A stretch of 61,917 bases of DNA, filler included. It is 15 parts of 15 records of this genome, joined end to end, with 100 filler letters (N's around TTAATTAATTAA, not from the genome) between each part and the next. Parts side by side here need not be neighbours in the genome. Positions count along the whole stretch, not along the records: positions 7,916 to 14,343 come from SRR11831580_1817; positions 14,444 to 19,874 come from SRR11831580_1822; positions 19,975 to 22,999 come from SRR11831580_1829; positions 23,100 to 25,908 come from SRR11831580_1834; 11 more parts are not named here. The stretch is one strand, 5' to 3'. Of the stretch, positions 11,183-25,049 are shown piece after piece (position 1 is the first letter of the stretch; every line of letters starts with the position of its first letter). A model generated the notes under the pieces. That model searched no databases. It saw only the letters and a program-made list of their open reading frames with translations, and was not told the origin of the DNA. Made by a program: the position numbers and the translations under genes.

Positions 11183-11561
11183 GTAAAACCTCATCGTTTT
11201 GTTATATCCGCAGGAAGCGCGGCCATCATCCCGCCAGAGGCTGAAGATGTTAGTTACGACCGGGTAACCGAAAAAAAACCGGCACGCCCCGAACGTTGCC
11301 ATGAAAGTTTCGTGCTAATTCGGCTTCCGTACCGGTTAACCCGATTCATCTAACAAATGAATGAATCGGCAATTTGCATTCCGTCGACTTATGATTTGCG
11401 ACGGCAGAAAGATAACTTGTCATACAACTTTAAAAGGTGAGAGCCATCACAAATGTGGGAATATTTGTAGGGACATTACCTGACGACAGCAAGGCCAGTA
11501 CTGGCGCGGCCTGCAGCGAGATTTACCACTTTGAGAGTAATTTTTTAACTACGTTTATTGA

Positions 11562-13076
<1,515 letters not shown>

Positions 13077-13090
13077 GGTCTGGGGTTGAT

Positions 13091-14343
13091 ATGCAATACA
13101 TCAAGATCCATGCGCTGGATAACGTCGCGGTCGCTTTAGCAGATTTGGCTGAAGGCACAGAAGTCAGTGTCGATAACCAGACTGTTACGCTGCGCCAGGA
13201 TGTTGCTCGTGGACATAAATTTGCGTTAACGGATATCGCAAAAGGGGCCAATGTCATCAAATATGGCCTGCCGATTGGTTATGCATTGGCGGATATTGCG
13301 GCAGGTGTTCACGTTCACGCCCACAATACGCGCACGAATCTGAGCGATCTGGATCAGTATCGCTATCAACCTGATTTTCAGGATCTGCCTGCGCAAGCGG
13401 CAGATCGTGAAGTGCAGATCTATCGTCGCGCTAACGGCGATGTCGGGGTGCGTAATGAGCTGTGGATCCTGCCAACCGTGGGCTGTGTCAACGGCATCGC
13501 GCGGCAGATCCAGAACCGTTTTCTGAAAGAGACCAACAACGCCGAAGGTACTGACGGCGTGTTCCTCTTCAGCCACACCTACGGCTGCTCACAGCTGGGC
13601 GACGATCACATTAATACCCGCACCATGCTGCAAAACATGGTGCGCCACCCGAACGCAGGCGCAGTGCTGGTGATTGGTCTGGGCTGTGAAAACAACCAGG
13701 TTGCCGCATTCCGTGAAACGCTGGGCGATATCGATCCTGAACGCGTTCATTTCATGATCTGCCAACAGCAGGATGATGAGATCGAAGCCGGAATCGAGCA
13801 TTTGCATCAGCTGTATAACGTGATGCGCAACGATAAACGCGAGCCAGGCAAACTCAGCGAACTGAAGTTTGGTCTGGAGTGCGGTGGTTCTGACGGTCTT
13901 TCTGGTATTACTGCTAACCCGATGCTGGGGCGTTTCTCTGACTACGTGATTGCTAACGGCGGTACTACCGTACTGACCGAAGTGCCGGAGATGTTTGGCG
14001 CAGAGCAGTTGCTGATGGACCATTGCCGCGACGAAGCAACGTTTGAAAAACTGGTCACCATGGTCAACGACTTCAAACAGTACTTTATTGCCCATGATCA
14101 GCCGATCTATGAAAACCCATCGCCGGGGAACAAAGCGGGCGGTATCACCACGCTGGAAGACAAATCACTTGGCTGTACCCAGAAAGCGGGTTCCAGCGTC
14201 GTGGTTGACGTGCTGCGTTACGGCGAGCGTCTGAAAACGCCAGGGCTGAACTTGTTAAGTGCGCCGGGTAACGATGCCGTAGCGACCAGCGCCCTGGCGG
14301 GTGCGGGCTGCCATATGGTGCTGTTCAGTACTGGTCGTGGCAC
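13091..14343 (+). CDS. uxaA: Altronate dehydratase, 3'-truncated
   Basis: SAF domain plus UxaA core (ECGGSDG, NPSPGNKAGG). Confidence 0.96.
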
Positions 14344-14443
14344 NNNNNNNNNNNNNNNNNNNNNNNNNNNNNNNNNNNNNNNNNNNNTTAATTAATTAAN
14401 NNNNNNNNNNNNNNNNNNNNNNNNNNNNNNNNNNNNNNNNNNN

Positions 14444-14761
14444 TATCCGCTCGCCTTTGGTATCCACCATGATGGCGGATTGCGAAGATTTCGCCTGGTT
14501 ATACCGTTTGGTGTAACGGGTGTTAACGCCCCAGGATTCCAGCTCTGCCAGCAGGCTGTTGCCCGTGTCGTCATCACCTACGCGACCAATAAAATCGACC
14601 TGCGCCCCCAGCCTTGCCGCCGCAACCGCTGCCGTCGCCGCTGGCCCGCCACCAACTTCCGTATAATTTCTCGCCACGTATTTACCGCTCTCCGTCGGTA
14701 ACCCTTCCACGTAATAGATGCGATCCATCACGGTTATACCTACACAAGCAACACGAATCAT
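14444..14761 (-). CDS. yihV: Sulfofructose kinase (PfkB family), 5' part
   Basis: MIRVACVG...GGGPAATAAVAAARLG PfkB signature; divergent from yihU. Confidence 0.92.
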
Positions 14762-14928
14762 GGTCATTCCTTAAACATTTTGGGATGCGTTCATTTTAAT
14801 TTCACCAATTGTTTAAAAAGTGACGGCTGTCAATTTTTTGACGATAAATTACAAATACGATCAAAAACAGACAAGCAAAGCATGTCATAAATGACAAAAA
14901 GTGACATAACTGTATTCAGGAGAGGGTT

Positions 14929-15825
14929 ATGGCAGCAATCGCGTTTATCGGTTTAGGACAAATGGGTTCGCCAATGGCGAGCAATTTATTGCAGCAAGGG
15001 CATCAACTTCGCGTCTTTGATGTGAACGCCGAAGCTGTGCGGCATCTGGTAGACAAAGGTGCGACTCCCGCCGCCAACCCGGCGCAGGCCGCTAAAGATG
15101 CCGAATTTATCATTACCATGTTGCCGAATGGCGATCTGGTGCGCAACGTGTTGTTCGGTGAAAACGGCGTTTGCGAAGGCTTATCTACCGATGCGCTGGT
15201 CATTGATATGTCCACCATCCATCCGCTGCAAACCGATAAATTGATTGCCGATATGCAAGCCAAAGGCTTCAGCATGATGGATGTTCCGGTAGGCCGTACT
15301 TCTGCAAATGCCATTACCGGTACTCTGTTACTGCTGGCTGGCGGCACCGCTGAACAAGTTGAACGTGCCACACCGATCCTGATGGCGATGGGCAGTGAGT
15401 TGATCAACGCTGGCGGTCCGGGCATGGGGATCCGCGTTAAGCTCATCAACAACTACATGAGCATCGCGCTCAATGCGCTTTCGGCAGAAGCCGCCGTTTT
15501 GTGCGAAGCCCTGAATCTTCCCTTCGATGTTGCCGTCAAAGTGATGAGCGGTACCGCCGCCGGTAAAGGTCACTTCACCACTTCCTGGCCAAACAAAGTC
15601 CTCAGCGGAGATCTTTCTCCCGCCTTCATGATCGATCTTGCCCATAAGGATCTTGGCATCGCCCTTGATGTCGCCAACCAGCTGCATGTGCCAATGCCGC
15701 TGGGGGCCGCCTCACGGGAGGTTTATAGCCAGGCGCGCGCAGCGGGTCGCGGTCGCCAGGACTGGTCCGCCATTCTGGAACAGGTCCGTGTCAGTGCCGG
15801 GATGACTGCCAAAGTAAAAATGTAA
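14929..15825 (+). CDS. yihU: 3-sulfolactaldehyde reductase
   Basis: GLGQMG Rossmann motif, beta-hydroxyacid dehydrogenase family; 298 aa. Confidence 0.95.
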   Translation: MAAIAFIGLGQMGSPMASNLLQQGHQLRVFDVNAEAVRHLVDKGATPAANPAQAAKDAEFIITMLPNGDLVRNVLFGENGVCEGLSTDALVIDMSTIHPLQTDKLIADMQAKGFSMMDVPVGRTSANAITGTLLLLAGGTAEQVERATPILMAMGSELINAGGPGMGIRVKLINNYMSIALNALSAEAAVLCEALNLPFDVAVKVMSGTAAGKGHFTTSWPNKVLSGDLSPAFMIDLAHKDLGIALDVANQLHVPMPLGAASREVYSQARAAGRGRQDWSAILEQVRVSAGMTAKVKM

Positions 15826-15848
15826 CGACTGGATAAAGGAATAAATGA

Positions 15849-16727
15849 ATGAATAAGTACACCATCAACGACATTACGCGCGCATCGGGCGGTTTTGCCA
15901 TGCTGGCGGTCGATCAGCGCGAAGCCATGCGCATGATGTTTGCCGCGGCTGGGGCACCCGCTCCGGTAGCCGATAGCGTTTTAACTGATTTCAAAGTTAA
16001 CGCTGCAAAGGCCCTCTCGCCTTATGCCTCGGCGATTCTGGTAGATCAACAATTCTGCTACCGCCAGGTGGTTGAGCAAAACGCGATTGCCAAAAGTTGC
16101 GCCATGATTGTCGCCGCCGATGAGTTCATTCCTGGCAACGGTATTCCGGTCGATAGCGTGGTTATTGACCGCAAAATCAATCCGCTACAGATCAAACAAG
16201 ACGGTGGCAAAGCCTTAAAACTGCTGGTGCTGTGGCGTAGTGATGAAGATGCGCAGCAACGTCTGGATATGGTGAAAGAGTTCAACGAACTGTGCCACTC
16301 ACACGGTCTGGTAAGCATCATTGAGCCAGTCGTCCGCCCACCGCGTCGTGGCGATAAATTCGATCGCGAACAAGCGATCATCGATGCCGCCAAAGAGCTG
16401 GGCGACAGTGGCGCTGACCTCTACAAAGTTGAAATGCCGCTTTATGGCAAAGGTCCGCAACAAGAGCTTCTCTGTGCTTCACAACGTCTGAATGACCATA
16501 TCAATATGCCATGGGTGATCCTCTCTTCCGGTGTCGACGAAAAACTGTTCCCGCGTGCCGTACGCGTGGCAATGACGGCGGGCGCATCGGGATTCCTGGC
16601 AGGCCGTGCAGTCTGGGCATCGGTCGTCGGTTTACCAGACAACGAGCTGATGCTGCGTGACGTTTGCGCACCGAAATTACAACAACTTGGCGATATCGTC
16701 GACGAAATGATGGCTAAACGCCGCTAA
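15849..16727 (+). CDS. yihT: Sulfofructose-1-phosphate aldolase
   Basis: LacD-like class I aldolase ([14 protein letters not shown]); 292 aa. Confidence 0.95.
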   Translation: MNKYTINDITRASGGFAMLAVDQREAMRMMFAAAGAPAPVADSVLTDFKVNAAKALSPYASAILVDQQFCYRQVVEQNAIAKSCAMIVAADEFIPGNGIPVDSVVIDRKINPLQIKQDGGKALKLLVLWRSDEDAQQRLDMVKEFNELCHSHGLVSIIEPVVRPPRRGDKFDREQAIIDAAKELGDSGADLYKVEMPLYGKGPQQELLCASQRLNDHINMPWVILSSGVDEKLFPRAVRVAMTAGASGFLAGRAVWASVVGLPDNELMLRDVCAPKLQQLGDIVDEMMAKRR

Positions 16728-16743
16728 GATGAGGATAAAAGGA

Positions 16744-17985
16744 ATGAAATGGTTTAACACCCTAAGCCACAACCGTTGGCTGGAACAGGAAACCGACCGC
16801 ATCTTTGATTTTGGTAAAAATTCCGTAGTGCCGACTGGTTTTGGCTGGTTAGGCAATAAAGGGCAAATCAAAGAAGAGATGGGCACCCATCTGTGGATCA
16901 CCGCTCGTATGTTGCACGTTTATTCCGTTGCTGCGGCGATGGGTCGACCTGGCGCTTACTCGTTGGTTGATCACGGTATCAAAGCCATGAACGGCGCACT
17001 GCGTGATAAAAAATATGGCGGCTGGTATGCCTGCGTGAATGACGAGGGCGTGGTGGATGCCTCCAAACAGGGCTATCAACACTTCTTTGCTCTGCTGGGT
17101 GCCGCCAGCGCCGTCACAACGGGTCACCCGGAAGCGCGCAAGCTGCTCGATTACACCATTGAAATTATCGAGAAATATTTCTGGAGCGAAGAAGAGCAGA
17201 TGTGCCTGGAATCCTGGGACGAAGCCTTCAGCAAAACCGAAGAGTACCGCGGCGGCAATGCCAATATGCACGCGGTGGAAGCTTTCTTGATTGTTTATGA
17301 CGTCACTCACGACAAAAAATGGCTGGATCGCGCGATTCGCGTGGCTTCCGTGATTATCCACGACGTCGCCAGAAATAATCATTATCGCGTTAACGAACAC
17401 TTCGATACCCAGTGGAATCCGCTGCCGGATTACAACAAAGATAACCCGGCGCATCGCTTCCGCGCGTTCGGAGGTACACCAGGCCACTGGATCGAATGGG
17501 GCCGTTTAATGCTGCACATCCATGCTGCCCTGGAAGCCCGTTGCGAACAACCACCAGCATGGCTGCTAGAAGATGCCAAAGGTCTGTTTAACGCCACCGT
17601 GCGCGATGCCTGGGCACCCGATGGCGCGGACGGGATTGTTTATACCGTTGACTGGGAAGGAAAACCGGTGGTCCGCGAACGTGTACGTTGGCCTATCGTC
17701 GAAGCAATGGGTACGGCCTACGCGCTCTACACCGTCACTGGCGATCGCCAGTATGAAACCTGGTATCAAACATGGTGGGAGTACTGCATTAAGTACCTGA
17801 TGGACTATGAAAATGGTTCCTGGTGGCAGGAGCTGGATGCGGACAATAAGGTCACCACCAAAGTCTGGGACGGCAAACAGGATATTTATCACCTGCTGCA
17901 TTGCCTGGTGATCCCGCGTATCCCGTTAGCGCCCGGCATGGCTCCAGCGGTTGCAGCGGGTCTGCTGGATATTAATGCGAAATAA
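16744..17985 (+). CDS. yihS: Sulfoquinovose isomerase (AGE family)
   Basis: MKWFNTLSH..., NANMH, PGHWIEW, DIYH; 413 aa. Confidence 0.95.
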   Translation: MKWFNTLSHNRWLEQETDRIFDFGKNSVVPTGFGWLGNKGQIKEEMGTHLWITARMLHVYSVAAAMGRPGAYSLVDHGIKAMNGALRDKKYGGWYACVNDEGVVDASKQGYQHFFALLGAASAVTTGHPEARKLLDYTIEIIEKYFWSEEEQMCLESWDEAFSKTEEYRGGNANMHAVEAFLIVYDVTHDKKWLDRAIRVASVIIHDVARNNHYRVNEHFDTQWNPLPDYNKDNPAHRFRAFGGTPGHWIEWGRLMLHIHAALEARCEQPPAWLLEDAKGLFNATVRDAWAPDGADGIVYTVDWEGKPVVRERVRWPIVEAMGTAYALYTVTGDRQYETWYQTWWEYCIKYLMDYENGSWWQELDADNKVTTKVWDGKQDIYHLLHCLVIPRIPLAPGMAPAVAAGLLDINAK

Positions 17986-18011
17986 CTGATCTGAAAATAG
18001 GGTGCGGGTTT

Positions 18012-18052
18012 TCCCCTCTCCCTAACCCTCTCCCCAAAGGGGCGAGGGGACC
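18012..18052. repeat. BoxC-type intergenic repeat
   Basis: CCCCTCTCCCTAACCCTCTCCCCAAAGGGGCGAGGGGA; a related copy lies in the opposite orientation at 37408-37442. Confidence 0.65.
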
Positions 18053-18098
18053 GTCCGGTGCAGTTTTTGGGTTTGACATCAGCCTCACGGGAGGCTGT

Positions 18099-19024
18099 AT
18101 GTCGTTAATTAAGGTGCCTTGTATGCAAATCACCAATATGCATTGCAGTGGACAGACCGTTTCACTTGCCGCGGGGGATTATCACGCGACCATTGTGACC
18201 GTCGGTGCTGGTCTGGCTGAATTAACCTTTCAGGGTTGTCATTTAGTCATCCCGCACAAACCCGAAGAGATGCCGCTGGCGCATCTGGGTAAAGTGCTTA
18301 TTCCGTGGCCGAACCGGATCGCCAACGGCTGTTACCGCTATCAGGGGCAGGAATATCAGTTACCCATTAATGAACATAGTTCAAAAGCCGCTATTCACGG
18401 GCTGCTTGCCTGGCGAGACTGGCAAATTAGTGAATTAACCGCCACCAGCGTTACCCTGACAGCTTTTCTGCCGCCCAGTTACGGCTATCCGTTTATGCTG
18501 GCTTCACAAGTTGTTTATTCGCTCAACGCACACACGGGTCTTTCCGTTGAGATCGCAAGCCAGAATATCGGCACTGTCGCAGCGCCTTATGGCGTGGGTA
18601 TTCATCCTTATTTAACCTGCAACTTAACATCTGTTGATGAATATCTGTTCCAGCTTCCGGCAAACCAGGTTTATGCCGTCGATGAGCACGCGAATCCGAC
18701 AACGCTTCACCACGTTGATGAGCTGGATTTAAATTTCACGCAGGCGAAAAAAATAGCCGCGACAAAAATCGACCACACCTTTAAAACCGCTAATGATTTG
18801 TGGGAAATGACCATTACCCATCCACAGCAGGCGCTTTCGGTAAGCCTTTGTTCCGATCAACTCTGGGTGCAGGTTTATAGCGGTGAAAAATTACAGCGTC
18901 AGGGACTGGCAGTTGAACCTATGAGTTGCCCGCCTAACGCCTTTAATTCAGGTATCGACTTATTATTACTGGAATCAGGAAAACCGCACCGCCTGTTTTT
19001 AATATTTACGGACAGAGAAAATAA
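18099..19024 (+). CDS. yihR: Sulfoquinovose mutarotase (aldose 1-epimerase family); apparent -1 homopolymer error near the 3' end
   Basis: PWPNRI, AIHG, HPY and EPM motifs; one more T in the T5 run at 18996-19000 gives ...FFNIYGQRK*. Confidence 0.92.
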
Positions 19025-19222
19025 CTTGTATTGATTAGCAGTCAAAATCATTGAAGAACATTTCACTCGCTAAAGGCAACATTATGTATCTTCAATTTAT
19101 TAAGTTAAAAACAGCTCAGCTTCTGTAAAGTTTTTATATATCAGTTTTATGAGAATCATTTTACATAAGCCTGTAATAACAGGAAGGCAACAATCTCGTT
19201 CTCAACTCTATGGAGATTAGTT

Positions 19223-19874
19223 ATGGATACGCCACGTCCACAGTTATTAGATTTTCAATTTCATCAGAATAACGACAGTTTTACCCTACATTTTCAACAA
19301 CGTCTTATTTTAACCCATAGCAAAGATAATCCTTGTTTATGGATTGGCTCAGGTATAGCGGATATCGATATGTTCCGCGGTAATTTCAGCATTAAAGATA
19401 AACTACAGGAGAAAATTGCGCTTACCGACGCCATCGTCAGCCAGTCACCGGATGGTTGGTTAATTCATTTCAGCCGTGGTTCTGACATTAGCGCCACGCT
19501 GAATATCTCTGCCGACGATCAGGGGCGTTTATTGCTGGAACTACAAAACGACAACCTTAACCACAACCGTATCTGGCTGCGCCTTGCCGCTCAACCAGAG
19601 GACCATATCTACGGCTGCGGCGAACAGTTTTCCTACTTCGATCTGCGTGGCAAACCGTTCCCGCTATGGACCAGTGAACAAGGCGTTGGTCGCAACAAAC
19701 AAACCTATGTCACCTGGCAGGCCGACTGCAAAGAAAATGCGGGCGGCGACTATTACTGGACTTTCTTCCCACAGCCTACGTTTGTCAGCACGCAGAAGTA
19801 TTACTGCCATGTTGATAACAGTTGCTATATGAACTTCGACTTTAGTGCCCCGGAATACCATGAACTGGCGCTGT
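19223..19874 (+). CDS. yihQ: Sulfoquinovosidase (GH31), 5' part
   Basis: YGCGEQFSYFDLRGK, EQGVGRNK; yih synteny. Confidence 0.93.
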
Positions 19875-19974
19875 NNNNNNNNNNNNNNNNNNNNNNNNNN
19901 NNNNNNNNNNNNNNNNNNTTAATTAATTAANNNNNNNNNNNNNNNNNNNNNNNNNNNNNNNNNNNNNNNNNNNN

Positions 19975-19999
19975 ATGTATGCTATACGAAGTTATTACG
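19975..19999 (+). other. loxP spacer plus one arm, matching the end of the 454 Titanium paired-end linker (library artefact)
   Basis: ATGTATGC-TATACGAAGTTAT-TACG at the contig end, abutting interrupted fhuE. Confidence 0.85.
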
Positions 20000-20673
20000 A
20001 CAATTCGCGCGCGGATTTTACCGTCTTCGGTGAGTGGGCTTTGTAAATCCGCCACATACCGTTCTTTGTTCCAGCTACCGTATTCCGCCGAGACATCGCC
20101 TTTAAATTCACGACTGGTCGCGTGTTTTCGAACCATATTAATTGCCGCAGATGGATTACCCGTCCCGGTCATGAGTCCTGTCGCGCCACGCACTACTTCT
20201 ACGCGTTCAAAGAGTGCCATATCAGAAAGTGCGTCGCCCAGATTCCAGCGCGATTCAAAATAGGTGGGGATACCATCAACCATATAGTTATCGATCTGGA
20301 ATCCGCGGGAATAATAAAGAGCACGATCGGAATCCGCCTGACTTTTGCTGATCCCCAGCGTGTTTTCCATCACTTCGCCCAGCGTTTGTAACTGCTGATC
20401 TTCCATCCGCTGCTGGCTAACAATAGTGACCGACTGAGGAATATCACGTTGAGTCATCTGCATTTTGGTACCCGCAGAGGTAGACGTTACGCTGTAATCA
20501 TTTTCGCCATCATCTGGAGCTGTGGCTGAACCCTCAACAATCACCGTTTCTTCAGTGGCTGGTGCAGCAAAAGCGGCAGAAGGTAATAGTGCCAGTGCTA
20601 TGCAACCGGCAAGTAGTGACGGTTTGGTGATGGCTTGATATTGATTATCCCTGTTAAATTGTGTTGAAAGCAT
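20000..20673 (-). CDS. fhuE: TonB-dependent ferric-coprogen receptor FhuE, 5' part
   Basis: Signal peptide, TonB box ETVIV, plug motifs SRGF and RVEVVRGATGLMTG. Confidence 0.95.
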
Positions 20674-20766
20674 TTGAAATCTCTTGGTTTATGTTGTCGT
20701 CAGGCTCATGCCGGAGGAGGGTGATGAGCGATTATATTTAGTGTGCGAATAATTTTGTTTGTAAAT

Positions 20767-20785
20767 GCAAATGAGAAATATACGC
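20767..20785. promoter_or_regulatory. Candidate Fur box of fhuE
   Basis: GCAAATGAGAAATATACGC resembles GATAATGATAATCATTATC and lies upstream of an iron-uptake receptor. Confidence 0.6.
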
Positions 20786-21006
20786 ATTCATATTTGTCAT
20801 GTAAACCAAACAGAGAATGTCTTTTCAGCGCATTCGCAGGCAGAAATGGGAATAATGGCGATATATACGGCAGCAAAACGATTTTTTGCTTAAGAAATCG
20901 TGAGTTAAGGTTGAAAGAGCAGGTTTAACTCGACCATACTCTATACTCGCAGTGTGGCGCGGCGTAGCATGGCGCAACGCATGGCTATTTGAAAAAGGAA
21001 AATGTC

Positions 21007-21366
21007 GTGGCAGAAGAAACTATATTCAGCAAAATTATTCGTCGTGAGATCCCCTCCGATATCGTCTACCAGGATGATCTGGTAACGGCGTTTCGCGATA
21101 TTTCGCCGCAAGCGCCAACGCATATTCTGATCATTCCGAATATCCTCATTCCGACTGTGAACGACGTCTCAGCTGAGCATGAGCAGGCGCTGGGACGCAT
21201 GATCACCGTAGCGGCAAAAATTGCTGAGCAAGAAGGTATTGCCGAAGATGGCTATCGTCTGATCATGAATACCAACCGCCATGGCGGACAAGAGGTTTAC
21301 CACATCCATATGCACTTGTTGGGTGGCCGTCCGCTGGGACCAATGCTGGCGCATAAAGGTCTGTAA
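21007..21366 (+). CDS. hinT: Purine nucleoside phosphoramidase (HIT family)
   Basis: HIHMH histidine triad; 119 aa from GTG. Confidence 0.96.
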   Translation: MAEETIFSKIIRREIPSDIVYQDDLVTAFRDISPQAPTHILIIPNILIPTVNDVSAEHEQALGRMITVAAKIAEQEGIAEDGYRLIMNTNRHGGQEVYHIHMHLLGGRPLGPMLAHKGL

Positions 21367-21368
21367 CG

Positions 21369-21746
21369 ATGAGAAAAGGATGCTTTGGGCTGGTGTCTCT
21401 GGTGTTGTTACTGCTGGTGGGCTGTCGTTCACATCCGGAAATTCCGGTGAATGATGAGCAATCGCTGGTGATGGAGTCATCTTTATTGGCTGCGGGCATC
21501 AGTGCAGAAAAGCCCTTCCTTTCGACGTCTGATATTCAACCTTCAGCATCCTCAACGCTTTATAACGAAAGGCAAGAACCCGTTACCGTTCATTATCGTT
21601 TTTACTGGTATGACGCCAGAGGGCTGGAGATGCATCCTCTGGAAAGGCCACGCAGCGTTACCATTCCCGCACATTCGGCGGTAACGCTGTACGGCAGCGC
21701 CAATTTTCTGGGGGCGCACAAAGTCAGACTTTATCTATATTTGTAA
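21369..21746 (+). CDS. ycfL: Lipoprotein YcfL
   Basis: Lipobox LVGC; 125 aa; synteny. Confidence 0.92.
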   Translation: MRKGCFGLVSLVLLLLVGCRSHPEIPVNDEQSLVMESSLLAAGISAEKPFLSTSDIQPSASSTLYNERQEPVTVHYRFYWYDARGLEMHPLERPRSVTIPAHSAVTLYGSANFLGAHKVRLYLYL

Positions 21747-21759
21747 GGGGTGAATCTTG

Positions 21760-22401
21760 ATGACAAAAATGAGTCGCTACGCCTTGATTACCGCGCTGGC
21801 GATGTTTCTCGCCGGGTGTGTGGGGCAACGTGAACCTGCACCGGTAGAAGAAGTGAAACCAGCGCCGGAACAACCAGCCGAGCCACAACAGCCTGTCCCC
21901 ACAGTGCCCTCGGTGCCGACGATCCCGCAGCAGCCAGGCCCAATTGAGCACGAAGATCAAACTGCACCGCCTGCGCCGCATATTCGCCATTATGACTGGA
22001 ATGGCGCAATGCAGCCGATGGTCAGTAAGATGCTTGGGGCTGACGGGGTGACTGCGGGTAGCGTCCTGCTGGTTGATAGCGTTAACAACCGTACTAACGG
22101 TTCGCTGAATGCCGCAGAAGCGACCGAAACGCTGCGAAATGCGCTGGCTAATAACGGGAAATTTACCCTGGTTTCCGCCCAGCAACTGTCGATGGCGAAG
22201 CAACAGTTAGGTTTGTCGCCGCAGGACAGTTTAGGCACCCGTAGTAAAGCCATAGGCATTGCCCGCAATGTCGGCGCTCATTACGTGCTGTACTCCAGCG
22301 CCTCTGGCAACGTTAACGCTCCGACCCTACAAATGCAGCTGATGCTGGTGCAGACGGGCGAAATTATCTGGTCAGGTAAAGGTGCCGTTTCGCAGCAATA
22401 A
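21760..22401 (+). CDS. lpoB: PBP1b activator lipoprotein LpoB
   Basis: LAGC lipobox, Pro-rich linker; 213 aa. Confidence 0.95.
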   Translation: MTKMSRYALITALAMFLAGCVGQREPAPVEEVKPAPEQPAEPQQPVPTVPSVPTIPQQPGPIEHEDQTAPPAPHIRHYDWNGAMQPMVSKMLGADGVTAGSVLLVDSVNNRTNGSLNAAEATETLRNALANNGKFTLVSAQQLSMAKQQLGLSPQDSLGTRSKAIGIARNVGAHYVLYSSASGNVNAPTLQMQLMLVQTGEIIWSGKGAVSQQ

Positions 22402-22999
22402 TCCCATCACGCGCGACGAATTGCTGTCGCGCTTTTTCCCGCAGTATCATCCCGTCACGACGTTTAATAGTGGGCTTAGTGGCGGGAGTTTTCTCATTGA
22501 ACATCAGGGCCAGCGTTTTGTTGTGCGTCAGCCGCACGATCCTGATGCGCCGCAGTCCGCGTTCTTGCGCCAGTATCGGGCTTTATCACAACTACCCGCA
22601 TGCATTGCACCGAAGCCGCATTTATATCTCCGTGACTGGATGGTAGTCGACTATCTGCCCGGCGCGGTAAAAACGTATTTGCCGGATACCAACGAACTGG
22701 CAGGCTTGCTGTATTATCTACATCAACAACCACGTTTTGGCTGGCGAATAACGCTGTTGCCGTTACTGGAACTGTACTGGCAGCAAAGCGATCCGGCGCG
22801 GCGGACAGTGGGTTGGCTGCGAATGTTAAAACGTCTGCGCAAAGCGCGGGAACCACGGCCTTTACGCTTAAGTCCATTGCATATGGATGTCCACGCCGGA
22901 AATTTAGTGCATAGCGCGTCAGGGTTAAAACTCATCGACTGGGAGTATGCCGGAGATGGTGATATCGCGCTGGAACTGGCGGCGGTGTGGGTGGAAAAT
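22382..22999 (+). CDS. thiK: Thiamine kinase, 3'-truncated
   Basis: HMDVHAGN and IDWEYA APH-kinase motifs. Confidence 0.93.
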
Positions 23000-23099
23000 N
23001 NNNNNNNNNNNNNNNNNNNNNNNNNNNNNNNNNNNNNNNNNNNTTAATTAATTAANNNNNNNNNNNNNNNNNNNNNNNNNNNNNNNNNNNNNNNNNNNN

Positions 23100-23354
23100 C
23101 GCGCCATTATGGAACGCTTGCAAAGCAGGGAATGGTTTGATGCCGATGCGGTGGTGATTTCTGATTTTATCGCTCAGCGGTTGCCTGACGACGTGACGAG
23201 TAAAGTGAAAGAGCTGCAGCGGGTACATCAGCATCGCTTTCATGCCGTGGCGATGTCGGCACACGGCAAACCCGGCATCATGCGCATTTTCGATCATATC
23301 TGGCGCTTTGATACCGGGATGCGAAGCCGCCTGCTCAGACGCTGGCGGCGATAA
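23100..23354 (+). CDS. viaA: VWA-domain protein ViaA, 3' end
   Basis: [10 protein letters not shown]...RLLRRWRR*, convergent with asnA. Confidence 0.88.
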
Positions 23355-23358
23355 ATTA

Positions 23359-24351
23359 TTACAGCAGAGAAGGGACGCTCTCGCGAACAGCAGCTGGCCA
23401 TACTCCACACTGAACCTGGCCGATATGCGGCAGTTGCAGCAGCAGCATAGTCAAACGAGACTGGCCGATACCGCCGCCGATGGTCTGCGGCATTTCACCG
23501 CGCAGCAGCGCCTGATGCCACTCCAGCTCCAGGCGATCTTCGTCACCGGTCAGCGCCAGTTGATGCTTCAGCGTGTCGGCATCTACACGGATCCCCATGG
23601 AGGAAAGCTCAAACGCATCTTCCAGTACCGGGTTCCACACCAGAATATCGCCGTTCAGACCCGCATGGCCCAGCTCTGACGGGGTGCTCCAGTCATCATA
23701 ATCCGGTGCGCGCACGTCGTGGCGATGACCATCGCTCAGCTTGCCGCCAATCCCGACAAGGAATACCGCGCCAAGATCTTTCGCTATCGCCCGCTCACGC
23801 CCTTTGGCATCAAGATCCGGATAACGAGACAGTAACTCCTGGCTGTGTACGAAGTGGATCTGATCCGGCAGGAACGGTGCCAGGCCAAACTCTTCGCTAA
23901 CCGCAGCTTCGGTTGCTTTAATTCCCGCCCAGATCGCCTCTACCGTGCTTTTCAGAGTCGAGAATTGACGCTCACCGTCGCCCATTACGCGTTCCCAGTC
24001 CCACTGGTCAACATAGACCGAGTGCAACGGAGAAAGACGGTCTTCATCGGGGCGAAGGGCTTTCATGTGCGTGTACAGCCCTTCGCCCGCGCTGAAGTCG
24101 TGTTGCCCTAAGGTCTGACGTTTCCACTTCGCCAGTGAATGAACCACTTCGAACTGGGCATCAGGCAGAGCTTTCACTTTTACCTGCACCGCTTTTTCAC
24201 AGCCCGACAAGTTGTCCTGCGTGCCATCCCCCACACGGCTAAGAATCGGCGCCTGGACTTCGATCAGCCCCAGACGTTCTTCCAGTTGACGAGAAAAGTG
24301 AGATTTCACGAAGCTAATTTGACGTTGTTTGGCAATGTAAGCGGTTTTCAT
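23359..24351 (-). CDS. asnA: Asparagine synthetase A
   Basis: 330 aa; [23 protein letters not shown]. Confidence 0.97.
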
Positions 24352-24502
24352 TTTTTATACTCCTGCGTCCTGTTGCTTATGATTAAGCAACAAAAACCGA
24401 CACACATGCAATAATCATTCAATAAAAAGCCTAACTCACTTTTGATTCATTAAAAAAGAAGGCTAAAATAGAATGAATCATCAATCCGCATAAGAAAATC
24501 CT

Positions 24503-24961
24503 ATGGAAAATTATCTGATCGACAATCTGGACCGTGGCATCCTGGAAGCATTAATGGGCAATGCGCGCACCGCTTACGCCGAACTGGCGAAACAATTTGG
24601 CGTCAGTCCGGAGACGATTCACGTTCGAGTAGAGAAAATGAAGCAGGCGGGGATCATTACCGGGGCGCGTATTGATGTCAGCCCGAAGCAGCTCGGTTAT
24701 GACGTAGGCTGCTTTATCGGCATTATATTAAAGAGCGCCAAAGACTACCCTTCCGCGCTGGCAAAGCTGGAAAGCCTTGATGAAGTCACTGAAGCCTATT
24801 ACACAACCGGCCACTACAGCATCTTTATAAAAGTGATGTGCCGTTCGATCGACGCTCTCCAGCATGTACTTATCAACAAGATCCAAACAATTGATGAAAT
24901 TCAGTCCACCGAGACATTGATCGTCCTGCAAAACCCGATCATGCGTACCATCAAGCCCTGA
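24503..24961 (+). CDS. asnC: Lrp/AsnC-family regulator AsnC
   Basis: 152 aa, HTH plus RAM domain, divergent from asnA. Confidence 0.97.
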   Translation: MENYLIDNLDRGILEALMGNARTAYAELAKQFGVSPETIHVRVEKMKQAGIITGARIDVSPKQLGYDVGCFIGIILKSAKDYPSALAKLESLDEVTEAYYTTGHYSIFIKVMCRSIDALQHVLINKIQTIDEIQSTETLIVLQNPIMRTIKP

Positions 24962-24981
24962 TCGGCTTTTTAATCCCATAC

Positions 24982-24990
24982 TTTTCCACA
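24982..24990 (+). promoter_or_regulatory. DnaA box in the mioC promoter
   Basis: TTTTCCACA upstream of mioC. Confidence 0.7.
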
Positions 24991-25049
24991 GGTAGATCCC
25001 AACGCGTTCACAGCGTACAATACGCCACTCTTAATAAAGGTGGCGGTTT

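Noticed and set aside
14444-19874. yih cluster as a novel catabolic pathway
   Set aside because: It is the characterised sulfoquinovose (sulfo-EMP) pathway of E. coli K-12.
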